From Leptogorgia sarmentosa (Eukaryota), in assembly GCA_964658305.1 (NCBI GenBank), contig OZ210885.1, positions 6,572,001-6,636,000 on the forward strand: 64,000 nucleotides of DNA, in the 5' to 3' direction. Below, one piece after another: positions 12,349-23,579 of the stretch. Each line of letters begins with the position of its first letter. Within the stretch, counting starts at the first letter, position 1. The notes beneath the pieces were generated by a model. That model had not been told where the DNA came from. It did no database searches and saw only the letters and a program-made list of their open reading frames with translations. The position numbers were made by a program, and so were the translations under genes.

Positions 12349-13674
12349 AGTGTTACTGCAACGAATTTTTCGACCTCGTTTTTTTTTTTTTGCCTTAAAT
12401 AAATATTCAGGTCGAAAGATGAAATTTGGTGTATAGATGACTTTTGTACGTTCAGTGAAAGTAACTAAATTTCGCCTCCAAACTTCGATACCGGATGCGA
12501 CAAAAACAGCCGCCATTTTGTCACCTTGTGACGTCACAAGTGTAACACGTTTAGCGAAGCTACTAGTAAATTGTATTGCGTTAGAGCTATACTCTGTGTT
12601 TCTCGCGCTTTTTTGGCCGGAAAAAAATATCTTTTGAAACAAAACTTGACCATAGGGATTTTAAGACAATATATTTTGTTCATGTTGAGTAACAAGTCTG
12701 GCGGAGACCCGCAATCGTGTGAAAGTTCAAGTGAAACTGCACGATCCGGTGTCAGATGGCTGGTTAGTTCATGTCACATCGCACTGCTTTGCGTACGACG
12801 ACGAACCTATAGCAGAACCTGGGGAAACGAATTGTGTTCCAGAAGATCCAGATGGATTGTTGCCAGCAACTATTGAACAAAGAAGCGACGGTAGAATAAC
12901 TCTGGAACAGTGATAAGTGAAGGTTCAAGACTGTTTAGACTTTAGCTTAATTAAAATAGCCGACATAGGCTAAATTTGAATGTATATTGTTAATTTTGGT
13001 ATCAATATATTGATATCAGTATAATTATTGATTCCACATTGCCGTCTCAATATCTCAGAACAAGTGTGTATGTAAAAGAGCCCAATTTTATAGGCCCTTT
13101 CTTTTGGGCTTCCTTGCCTTATATTTATTAAATTTGTAAATACTTAAGCTGTGGCAGAATAAATTGATTTGATTTGATAAGGAAACTAGTCACAATTCAT
13201 AGCAAGTTAATATTTAGCGATTTTGCTAACTCTAGATTCATAACATAGCACGAATCTTCGAAAAGAAGGGACGAGGTCGCTGTAGCGTCAAAACCTGGGT
13301 TATGTTTACAGACAAATTTCACGCACTTATTCCGTCTCTGAGCATCTGTTTCTTCATTATGGAATAGATGCATAGATACTCCTTCAGTTTTGCTATCATT
13401 GACGCAGCTAACTAAGTTAAGACCGCCAGCAACGCAGAGTTTTCCTCCACGAGTAGCTTTACGTCTATTAGAAATATACGCCATGTTGACAATGTGTTAC
13501 AACTTGTGACGTCACACGGCATTAATATGGTGGTCGAAAATGTCGCACAGAAGTAGCCAAAAATCCGTTTGAAAAGAGCAATTTTAATTCTGTTTGCAGT
13601 AAACATATTCGGAGAGTAAGTACTTTAAAATAAGCCAATAAAAAAGGGGTCGAAAAATTCGTTGCAGTAACACT
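12349..13674 (-). mobile_element. Non-autonomous Kolobok element (deletion derivative)
   Basis: Perfect 27-bp TIR agtgttactgcaacgaatttttcgacc; TTAA/TCAA flanks; THAP N-terminus on - (13197-13484) and KolX-like start on + (AYDDEPIA..EDPDGLLPATIEQR, 12719-12913). Confidence 0.85.
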
Positions 13675-14879
13675 TCAACACCTCTTTTGTGGAGTTAAAT
13701 TTCAGCCTCCAAATGTGGTATTGAAAAACACTCTTTTTGGTGTTCCACACTTGGATGTGGGCTTAATTGCAAAATCAACTCCTCTTCGGAGGTTAAGTTA
13801 ACTGAAGTAACTCTATTTCTGGAATTAAAATAACACTGTTTGAGCATAGGTAGTCCATATACAAACTTTTTTAATGATATTTAAATTAAAAATCATTAAA
13901 AAGAATGAAAATGTATCTATGGTGTCACTGTATGCTTAACTGTATATATGTACAGGTGCGCTCAAATTATTGCACAGCTTCTATAATGCATATTTTGAAC
14001 AATCCATACGATAAGTAATGAAAATACAAAGCATTTATACGATCGATATTTACAAGTGGCTTAAATTAATACAGTTATGTACAAAGTGATGTCTTAATAA
14101 AAAAAAGTCGCTAAGTACACCAAGAATGTTGTGTTCATTAGTTTTGCAGGTAGACTGCTATCGTATGAAGGGTTGTATCCGAGAGGATAAAGGCACTATT
14201 ACAGCAAATCTGTGAAACATGCACAAACACTTACCATCTTTTACCAGAATTTTCATGTTTGGATCTTGGAGGGCCTGAGATATCTCGAAAGACGTTTGAC
14301 TCACCCGTATCGTCATTAGCAATAACCATTGCTTCAAGTGGTACTATGTCATTTGTGGTGTACAGGATGGTTCCATCATAGTCTCTGAATTGGAAAATAT
14401 TGTGTCGTTCTCCAATGTGTTTTTATCAGGATCTCTTAGCCGGTAAAGAAAATATACAGGGTATATCAAAAGAAAGTTTACTGATGAAAAATTCTCTAAA
14501 CTAACGAGCGCTCAAAATATCCAAAAACTTTCAGTTGGACTGGGTAGTTTAACACCCTCTGGTATATCTAGCACTAAGTTTATTTTAAAAACAAACTTTT
14601 TTAGAATGGGAAATGTGGTTACTGAAAGGCCCATTAAAAATGGCTTGCACAGAAAAAATAAGTATTCTTCACACAATTTGATTTAATCGGATGAAATACA
14701 AGCTATTGTATAGCAAGTATGATATACAAGCTATTCAAGTCTTGAGAAATTTGGTGCACACCGAGATGAATGTGCGATGTCTGAAAACTGGATTTTGCGT
14801 TCTTTCCTGCGTGATTACCGATTAATTTATGCATAAAGAGAAACAAGGATTTGATGGAATTTTTTTATTTCCGTCTTTC

Positions 14880-15572
14880 AGTAAGTGAAAGTCTTCTGTA
14901 TGAAGATGACTCTGAGGATGATAGTGAGGATGAGTCATTCAGCAGTGAGCCACCAGTAAAGCGAGCAGCACTTCCTTCAGAGGGTGAGTGGAAGCACAAG
15001 GCAAAACACTTGCCAAGAATGATGGAGCTAAAGAATACAGCTCGATGCCGAAACCCAACTTGCAAGACTGGAAACAGCCGAGTGATGTGCACGTCATGCA
15101 AAGTCTATCTTTGCATTCGAGGGTGCTATGAGGAGTTCCATAAATAACATTGACTTTATTTTTAGTTCAAAAATTTCAAGACTTTCACAAATAACATTAA
15201 CTTCATTTCCAAACAATATATTTTTGTGTTAGACAGGCCCTAAGAACTCCACCCTTTATCAGTTATGTTCAATTTGACAAGTTCTTTGTGCTAAAACAAA
15301 TATATCTTCATATTAAGTTGAAAAACTCTTTAATAGACATAATTTCTCATGTTTTTTTCTTTAGATTTGATTGTCCACATATGTGGACAACAGGTGTATT
15401 TTTGAAGCACTGAGACCAAAAGTCCACATATGGGGGGACATAGAAATTTTTTGTGTTCCGCATGACTTTCCATAAAATTCCATATGCAGTTATTCATGTC
15501 ACCCTTAGTTCTGCATACAGTTTAAGTTTCATGAAATTTGCAGAAAAAAAATTTGTGCCGGGACTGAGGAGG
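14880..15572 (+). mobile_element. piggyBac 3' fragment (Cys-rich domain and right end)
   Basis: HLP..RCRNPTCK..SRVMCTSCKVYLCIRGCYEEFHK; subterminal palindrome gtccacatatgtggac; terminus ggactgaggagg followed by ataa. Confidence 0.75.
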
Positions 15573-16071
15573 ATAAAGGTTAGCAAGTGGGTCTGGTCCC
15601 GTTGCTAATTTCTAGTAATGGAGCACGGGTATGGTGATGACAGATATTAAATGGGGTTACTTAGTAACCAAAGTTAATATCATAGGAACCACGCGCAGCC
15701 TGGGTACAGCTTAGCCCACAAAGCTGGAATATAGAGAGTGACAGGCAGGTTCATATGTCATTCGCTAACATATAGCTAACTGCAAAGGTTCTGTATATAC
15801 ACAAGAGTAGTGGAATTTTTTTGTCCTTGTCATGAAAATGGTCAACGTCTGCTTGCTAATATTTTCTATATATGCAAGGAAATTGCAGCGTCCCAAATCA
15901 TGAGTCCGGTCAAGTACGGTTGTCGACAAAAAAGGGAAAAACCAACATCATTGCAAAATTCGTCAAAGGTTTTCTTTGGGTGCTGTTTACTTCTATATGC
16001 AATGCCTGCAGTTCTTGTTATTTCTATATCTGAGGAATTGGCTATTTATAAAAAACTAAGTTCATTTCAAT

Positions 16072-16228
16072 ATGGACAGCATCACTGGAATCATCGATGT
16101 GGATGGGTTCACCGTTGAAAAACGATTTTACTGCAAGGAGCTGGCCATGATCAAGAAGAATGAATGACATCTATGCCACATCCATACTCTTTGCCTTGGC
16201 TTGAATTGGAATCAACTGAATGAAAGGA
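16072..16228 (+). pseudogene. Maverick/Polinton-type DEDD exonuclease-like ORF start
   Basis: MDSITGIIDVDGFTVEKRFYCKELAM, then frameshifted LGLNWNQLNE. Confidence 0.4.
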
Positions 16229-16254
16229 GGTGTCCGCAAGGAGAGGTTTGACTG

Positions 16255-16524
16255 TAATTCAATTTTTAAGGATTACGAAGAGGAATGTATAATTGAGAGG
16301 GTCCCAGTAGAAGAAATTGCCAAGGGGGCAGGTGCAACTCACTATCTTCCTCATAGACCTGTTATTCGTGAGGATAAACAAACAACAAAAATACGAGCTG
16401 TGTTTGACGCTTCTTGCAAGGTCAACAGACCTTCCCTGAAAGAATGCCAGTCCTAACCGTATTGCAAAGATATTCGATATACTTATTAGGTTCAGGTGCA
16501 ATAAAATAGGGTTGCTTGCAGATA
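16255..16524 (+). pseudogene. BEL/Pao LTR retrotransposon RT fragment
   Basis: IIERVP..HYLPHRPVIREDKQTTKIRAVFDASCK..SLKEC..IFDILIRFRCNKIGLLADI. Confidence 0.9.
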
Positions 16525-16630
16525 TACAGGTGTCTCAAAAAAAAGGTAATCCAACTTTGGCATGCCATTGTGTGTTAATTACTGGGTGTACGAACATGAT
16601 TTTTGCATGGTCATAAAGATCAAGGTCTTA
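16525..16630. mobile_element. Tc1/mariner-type terminus truncating the BEL fragment
   Basis: tacaggtgtctcaaaaaaaaggtaatccaactttggcatgcca; near-identical inverted copy at 49200-49245. Confidence 0.6.
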
Positions 16631-17008
16631 TCCACACCAAAAGTCAGGCAAATGTGAGGGTGTTGAAAAATCTCGGTGAAAAAACCTGCATTCTTTCACC
16701 TCTGAGAATTGCAGTAAACTTATTTAAAATGAACTCCCTCTGGGACTCGAAGATGACTGTTATGCACTGCTTTAATTAGGCAGAGGTGAAAATATGTCCA
16801 CTTAAATAACGTGACTCTTCCCGTATTTATATTGCAAATACAACTATTCAGATATAAAAGATATAAAACAAGACAATTGCTACTCGCTTAATACTATTAT
16901 AATGCTATTGTAATAACATTGTAATACTGTTGTGTAATACTGTTGTGTAATACTATTGTCATATTTGCAGCCAAAGTGCAAGAAGTTTTGACCAAAATAT
17001 TAAATCAT

Positions 17009-17490
17009 TTTATTATATGGCAAGTGTTCTGAGCGGTCTGTCTGCTAAAATACAGCGTTCTGATTGGTGCCTGAGCGGTCGGTAACCTGCAGTACGGACC
17101 GCTCACGTTTAGCGAAGTCGGTTGTTTATTGAATCAAGCGACAACGAAGACGAAAGAGGTTAAAAACATGTTTGAACATGCTGTTCTTTTTTTGTTTCAA
17201 CATTTTGTTCTTTTTTTTGGTAGCCAATAACATTTTAGAGAACAATTTTTAGCGAACTTCTTCAACTGTTCTTATATTAATTAGCCGTTTACCGGCTTTG
17301 TTCATAGTGTTGAATTGTTGTAAACGAGTTTTGTTTATCTTTTGCCATATAATAAATAGCTTATTGACTGAGTTTGTTCGATCCGTACTGGAGGATACTT
17401 CGGCTTGGTCCATAAACAAGCGAGAAAAGAACTCGACCGTGCAGTATCCTCCAGTACGGACCTCACACTCAGTCAATAACATATATATAT
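17009..17490. mobile_element. Non-autonomous element with two adjacent inverted-repeat pairs (Crypton-like)
   Basis: tttattatatggcaa 17009-17023 vs 17342-17356; ttattgactgagt..ccgtactggaggatact 17361-17399 vs 17443-17479. Confidence 0.5.
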
Positions 17491-17985
17491 TTTTCACTTA
17501 GCGAACATAAAAAAAGCAAGCCTGCGGAAAAGAGAAAACTAACAAATGAAAAGGCTGCAAAAAAGGGAACCAAAGAGAGAAAAACGCAGGAAAGAACAGT
17601 GAAAAAAATAAAGGAAGAGAAAGAGAAGAAGCAAGTACACGTCCTTTCAAATATTTCAAGTAATTAGGACGATTGCATGATAGGAATGACTCGATTCCTA
17701 TGAACGAGAAATAATGGTGTAGGACTGATAAAGTGACTATAATGGAAACTGAACCGTAATTTTTATTTCACTTGTTGCATGCATTCGATGCAAATTGGAT
17801 AAACTATCTACCATTAGTGTGTTTGTTTGGCATAACCTTAATATCCTCAATATGGGCATGACTGGTTAAGTTCCATATAGGTATATAGGTGCTCTCTTGG
17901 AGACTCGTTTACAAATAAAATTCTTCTTTTACAGGCCACAGTTCTTTTTGTATATCTTCCTGGTGTCAGTAGCACCCCTGTTCAT

Positions 17986-18750
17986 TTGCCTCGTGTTAGC
18001 GAGACTAGATTTTCCCCTTTTCCCAACCATTCCCACATGGAATACATTCCCTCACCCATGCTTGACATTAATGGGAAAAGTGTTTGTTCACCCACAGTGT
18101 ATCCGCGATCTACACACCAAATGTCTTTGCCAAGTATGTCTTCCCAGCGTCAATGGTTTCTGTCCGAGACAGCCCTGTATACCAACGGTCACTGGTCCCT
18201 CCTAAGGAATTATAGCGATGCCTATCTTCTTCTTACCCAGTTCCAGAAAAAAGCACCGCTGTTATGCCTTTGTCGAAAAGAAATTTCGAAAATCTTGGAT
18301 GTGGTAACGAGGTTGGAGAACAAAGTCGATCGTCTAACCGGCCTTTTGACAGAAAATAGCCAAAGCACAGAAAACTCTGAAAGTTTTGAAACTCGCGAAT
18401 TTCACCAAACAATCCACGAGGAAATTGAACAACGGAATACACAAGAATCGCAACCGAAATTTTAGCCATCGGAGGTTGAAGAAAGCCAATTGGCAATAAG
18501 CAGCGAGCAGGTCGTGCAGCTGAGACAGCAAGCTAGCTAGGCTACCAGCTTCACCGTGAAGTTGGTAAAAAGCATGTTTGAACGTCACAAGTTAGTTGGG
18601 AGAAACGCGAGTGGAAAACAGCCTTTAGAAGCTAAATGTCTGACAATTTTATCCCGCACCATTGGCAGAAGCTGCAGAAACATGGCGGAATTGTCGGGAG
18701 GTGATTCATTCGCACTTGAGGAAAACACACAATGCATCAAAACCATCATC
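17986..18750 (+). pseudogene. Coiled-coil plus BEN-domain protein remnant
   Basis: KEISKILDVVTRLENKVDRL coil, then ATSFTVKLVKSMFERHKLVGRNASGKQPLE. Confidence 0.55.
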
Positions 18751-19644
18751 TAGGACATAGGATTCACTCGCTGTTTTTTCTTATTTTGTTGCGACTTGTG
18801 AATCTGTGTGAAATGTCTGAATGTTGAGACAATTAAATGTTTAAAATTTACAAACTATCGCTTCTTACCCCCAGTTTAGACGTCGAACTGTTCATGTGAC
18901 GAACCTAATGTTAATTACATGAATATAAGTTTGGAACTCAGTTTATTATAGTTTGATGGTCTCAACTATGCCTTAAATAAATTGAATTGTAAGTTGAGGT
19001 CAAGTGATTGCCTTACATTTGACACGTATAAATGTATATATGTACGTAGCTGGAAATTGATTGTTTCTTTTTTGAACGTTTCAAAATAGGAACATATAAT
19101 TGTAAGGATATATTATACTTTAATTTTAGTGTTCATGTACATTTGCTTATGTGTGTGTTTGCAAGTTCAACAGAATTTAGTGTTTTAGTCGCATGTGTGT
19201 GCTTGTTTTTGATTGTGCAGTTGCAGACAAAGTTACACAAACCAAAAAATTAGTTATAGATTGGTATTTTGAGATAATTCTACAGGTTGTAAACATTGAC
19301 TCAATGTAAAATGAGACCCAAATGGCACGCTTCAAAGAAACCACTGAACCTAAAGAATGGTTTCTCAACATGAGCAGCTGACAATATATTTTTTGTGATG
19401 TAGATGCATCATGGTATTTGTGTCTGGCTAAACTCAAAACTCATGTGGGATAAGCCAGAAGTGGCCAAATCCTTCCAGAGGATAGAGGAAAATAGACAGA
19501 GAAAAAACATTTATTACAACTGGTGATTGTCACAAACGTTTCTTGCCTAGATGGGATTCTCAACATACGTTTCCGTCAGTGTAAACAGATAAGTGAGGAG
19601 GTGCTGTTGACATGGAAAACCGCTGCCTCGCCACATTCAGTGAT

Positions 19645-20465
19645 ATGAATTCGAGACTCTAAGCTCAAGCCTGTTAGAGTAGATGCCGGATTGGGAGACG
19701 CACCACCTGAATACACGAACAATGATACTGGGTCAGCCAACTTTATGATAAAGCATGGCCTTCACTTCAATGCCTGTAGACCACATGAATTCATCAACAA
19801 AATAAAGAGATTAGCTCAGTAAGAGTTGCTCAAACTTCTTTCAAACTTTGAATTTCAAAAGGCAGGAATGAATGATATGAAAGAGATCTTCCCTACCCAA
19901 GTTGAACCCGGAGAAGTTCTATCAACACTGCGTATTAGTATAACCGCGGAAGAAAGTGGCATAAAATCCATTCCATCACCGATTCTCAAGTCCATGTTTA
20001 AACCAGCTTCCAACCTCCTAAGTGTTCCAGGAAATGTCATTCCAAAACTTGGAGCAAGTTGATGGATAATTTGTTGTTGAAACATGCAACAAAGTTCACA
20101 GTGTTCAGCCTGGAAAAGGCAGTTCATTATCATGTGATCACCTTTGTACCAACTCCTCCTCAAAGATATGCGAACACGTTTTTGCCGTAGCACAAGTGAA
20201 AGGCATGCTAAAAGAATTTCTTGTGTGGTTCAATTGGAGAAAAAAGAGAGTCATGATGATGGATATGGTGGAACAAAGTGGACCAAAGAATGCTGGGGAA
20301 AAACCATCCTCACAAAAGCAGACAAATGACAAAGGGAAACAAATCAAGCAATACGTCGATCTTTTTGATGAGGGAAAGGCATACAGCACTGCCTCAACAA
20401 GCAACGGATTCGCCAACACCCCATCAACACAATGTACCGGTTCAATTACCAATGACCACATATAA
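19645..20465 (+). pseudogene. MULE transposase C-terminal fragment with SWIM-like finger
   Basis: KPVRVDAGLGDAPPEYTNNDTGSANFMIKH; SCDHLCTNSSSKICEHVFAVAQVKGMLKEFLVWF. Confidence 0.65.
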
Positions 20466-20729
20466 TACACATGAAATGCAGCCGTCAACTTCATTTGGGC
20501 AATTCCATGCTTAAATGACCCCATACAAAAAATTTTCAAGTCACAAATTTTCAAGAACGATGCATGATCATTGGTGTTTAAAATTTTTGAAAAAATATTT
20601 GTATTGCTGAAGTATTATTAAATATTTATTTTAAAAAATCCACTTTTTCACATATCATTTGTGAGAGACTGAGTGGAATGAGTACATAAAAAAGGTGTCT
20701 TTTCTAAAACAAATTTCAGAAAAGACACC

Positions 20730-21080
20730 TCTATTATACAATCAAAGAAACCTACTCAATGTTCTTGTTTGATCATCGGAATGTCAAAATTGGTAAATCC
20801 AAGTTGGCGGAGGAACTCAAGCCACCTAATGTTTTCCATCAATCTGAAACTCCGAAAGATGCATGCCTGTGCCAGTATCACAAAAATATTAATCTGCTGT
20901 GTGATGCGTTACACAAAGTTTGTCCTGTGTGTACTCTAGCTCTTTTGTTAATCACATGGTTTGCTTGCCGGATTCAGATAAATGTATGATGGGCAATTGC
21001 GACATATGCTCTTGCGACAAAGCTCAGTTCTGGCTGAACAACATTGTTGGAGATGATCTAAATAAAGAAGTTTTGTGGTA
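20730..21080 (+). pseudogene. Sola2-like transposase fragment
   Basis: VKIGKSKLAEELKPPNV..DACLCQYHKNINLL..CMMGNCDIC pattern. Confidence 0.5.
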
Positions 21081-21177
21081 TACTGAATAATATCAAAATT
21101 CGACTATTTCCGATTTGGGCCTGGTATCGGATACCAAGTAATCTAAAGATGTACGTAAGATGTATGTAAGATACCAA

Positions 21178-21352
21178 GTGGAGATGGAGGTGAGGGGAAA
21201 GGTCATGAAGATCAGGAGGAAGGTGGAGATGAGGGGAAAGGTCATGAAGATCAGGATCAACAGGAAGAAGGAGATGAGGGTGGGGGGAAAGGAGATGAGG
21301 GTGGGGGGAAAGGAGATGAGGGTGGGGGGAAAGGAGATGTGGATCAGGAGGA
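21178..21352. repeat. Purine-rich degenerate repeats including a 21-bp unit x3
   Basis: aaggagatgagggtgggggga tandem copies; gtcatgaagatcagga x2. Confidence 0.8.
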
Positions 21353-22239
21353 ACACTTTTTTAAGTACTTTTTTAAAAACGCCTTGGGCTGTGACCAAGT
21401 TTGTGCAGAACACCAAGGAGGCTATGGAAAATTCAAATAAAAAAAGCCTCAAGAATTGTCGTGGCGAGGAATCAATCACTTATGGTATAAAGAAAACGGG
21501 ACTATGGTGTGCAAGTGCGACAAAAAGAAACCGAATGAACGGGCGGGGCTATAATAAAGCATATAGAGGGAACACACACTGATTGGGCCGATGGGACTGG
21601 CACACTGTTTGTGTTCGTGAAACGCTGATTTGATACGTACGTAGAAGATTAACATCTTTAACCAATTAACATGTGTACAGATTAGGCAAATAGTTTAGCA
21701 TGCATTTGGCAAAATTTACAAAAAATACAGTTTGTGCGAAGAGTTAAATAGGCAATGAACCAGAGACTAAGCTGTGTTTATATTGTAGTGCATTTATATT
21801 ATTGGTTTAAAATAAATTTTGCTGAGACATACTGTATCTTGGTAGATACTTCATTTGTTTAAATTGAGATAGTTTCATGCTGAATGATATTGTTACCTTT
21901 TTATGTTGCTCCTTCCACAACATCTGTTATAAATTTTTACTCCCAGTATCTGTGCTATTGTTACGATTTTTATCTGTTCGCTTCAAAAATATATCAGTTT
22001 TAATGGGCCTGTGACGGGCTGTTGTGCTGATATCATTGCTTCTGTCTTCCCTAGATTTGCAGTTAGCTTGTTTTTACTACACTGTTCATGTATTTTGCCT
22101 GCCATTTGATTTAGTTTATCAATCACAGCACCGGGACACAGCATTGGGACGCAATGCCTGGTAATGGGTTAATTAATAAAAAATCTCAAATGAATCTATC
22201 TGGCACTCTAGAACACACTGCACAACAAAAATTGAAAGC

Positions 22240-23155
22240 TGCAAAACGTAACATTTCAGCTAATACAGTCAAAATAAACACCACTGAAGTCTACGAATAT
22301 CTTGGCACAACACTTGACCAATCGCTGACCTTAAAACCACATGTGGAAAAAGTCAGCAAAAAAGTCTTATCGAGAGTGAAATTGCTATCGCGTATACGAA
22401 AGGAAATATCTCCTCTCACACTGCAGAATCCATTTGCAAAGCAATGATACAACTTTATTAACGATATCAGAGAATGAACTGATGACCTCAGCAATAATGA
22501 ATAGTAAATACTAAGCTTTTCAAAACCGTGCATACAAGATTGTATATGGAAAATCAACTTCAGATAATCAATGGCCTACAATAAAACAACTTTTTTCGGA
22601 ACAAGTGGCACAACAGGTTTACCAAGCAATACATCATCAAGGCCCTGAGATTTTCAATGATTATTTCGAAGTTTTTAGTAAAAATACAAGGAGAGATCAA
22701 AAGGGACTCAGATTGCCAAAAGTGAAAATGGAAGAAAAACTTATCATTTTCAAGGCGCTTTGTTATTTAACACTTAACCAAAAGAAATTGTTTCAGAAGA
22801 TAATATAACTATATTTAAACATAAAAGCCGGAACTTTTGTAGATACAAAAGTAACTACTAACATTTTAAATACTTTTGAATATTAACTCGTAGGACTCTT
22901 AGACTTAGTGCATGGAATGTTTTTATCTACGTGTAGTTACAGCTATTTCATTGATAACAGTCTTGTACTGAAGAAAAATGCTGTTTAAATATTGATGATA
23001 ATAATAATCTCATATTTTGTATTCGGGATGGTATTTTGATTAATGTGTATGTAGTGATTGTACATACTATCATGTAAAATCATGCATTTCCCCTAACATT
23101 TTAGGACTAGAGCACTGACTTATCTTCTGCAAATTTCACTGGAAAATAAATCTTA
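22240..23155 (+). mobile_element. CR1/L2-clade LINE 3' fragment
   Basis: YEYLGTTLDQSLTLKPHVEKVSKKVLSRVKLLSRIR; NTRRDQKGLRLPKVK; AT-rich 3' UTR. Confidence 0.8.
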
Positions 23156-23180
23156 CAATTTATACAATTTTATTATTCAG

Positions 23181-23316
23181 GTCAGAATCTCCAACACAAG
23201 CATATATAGTATTAATAAAGTGGTTGTACAGAAAATTTAAAGGCCTTGTCGAAAACGGTAGGAGCAAAGAGGAATTGAAAAAAGAGTTGGAGTCGACTTG
23301 TATTTCGTATGATAAA
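23181..23316 (+). pseudogene. KDZ (Kyakuja/Dileera/Zisupton)-like transposase exon, 5' half
   Basis: After ttattcag acceptor: SESPTQAYIVLIKWLY...CISYDK, joining MCH at 27619. Confidence 0.65.
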
Positions 23317-23579
23317 AGCCCCGTTTACACGACAACTGTTTTGGGCACGGCACTCTTAAATTTAGGCACGCGGGCTGAAAAAGTTGGCACGGCACCCTTA
23401 ATTTTTGTCGTGTAAACGTGCAAATCATAGGTACGCGGGCCTAAAATTTTAGGAGTGCCGAGCCCGTCTAAATAGGTAGTCTCGGCCCGTCAAAACAACG
23501 GTACCGTGCCCAAAAAAATGTTGCATCAGCAATATTTAATATTTGGTCATGCGCAGATGTTCATATTAATACTGTAAGC

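Noticed and set aside
14100..14460. Coding-like stretch on the minus strand
   Set aside because: Short frames with no motif I recognise.
21093..21582. 128-aa and 140-aa ORFs
   Set aside because: Open only because of low-complexity purine repeats.
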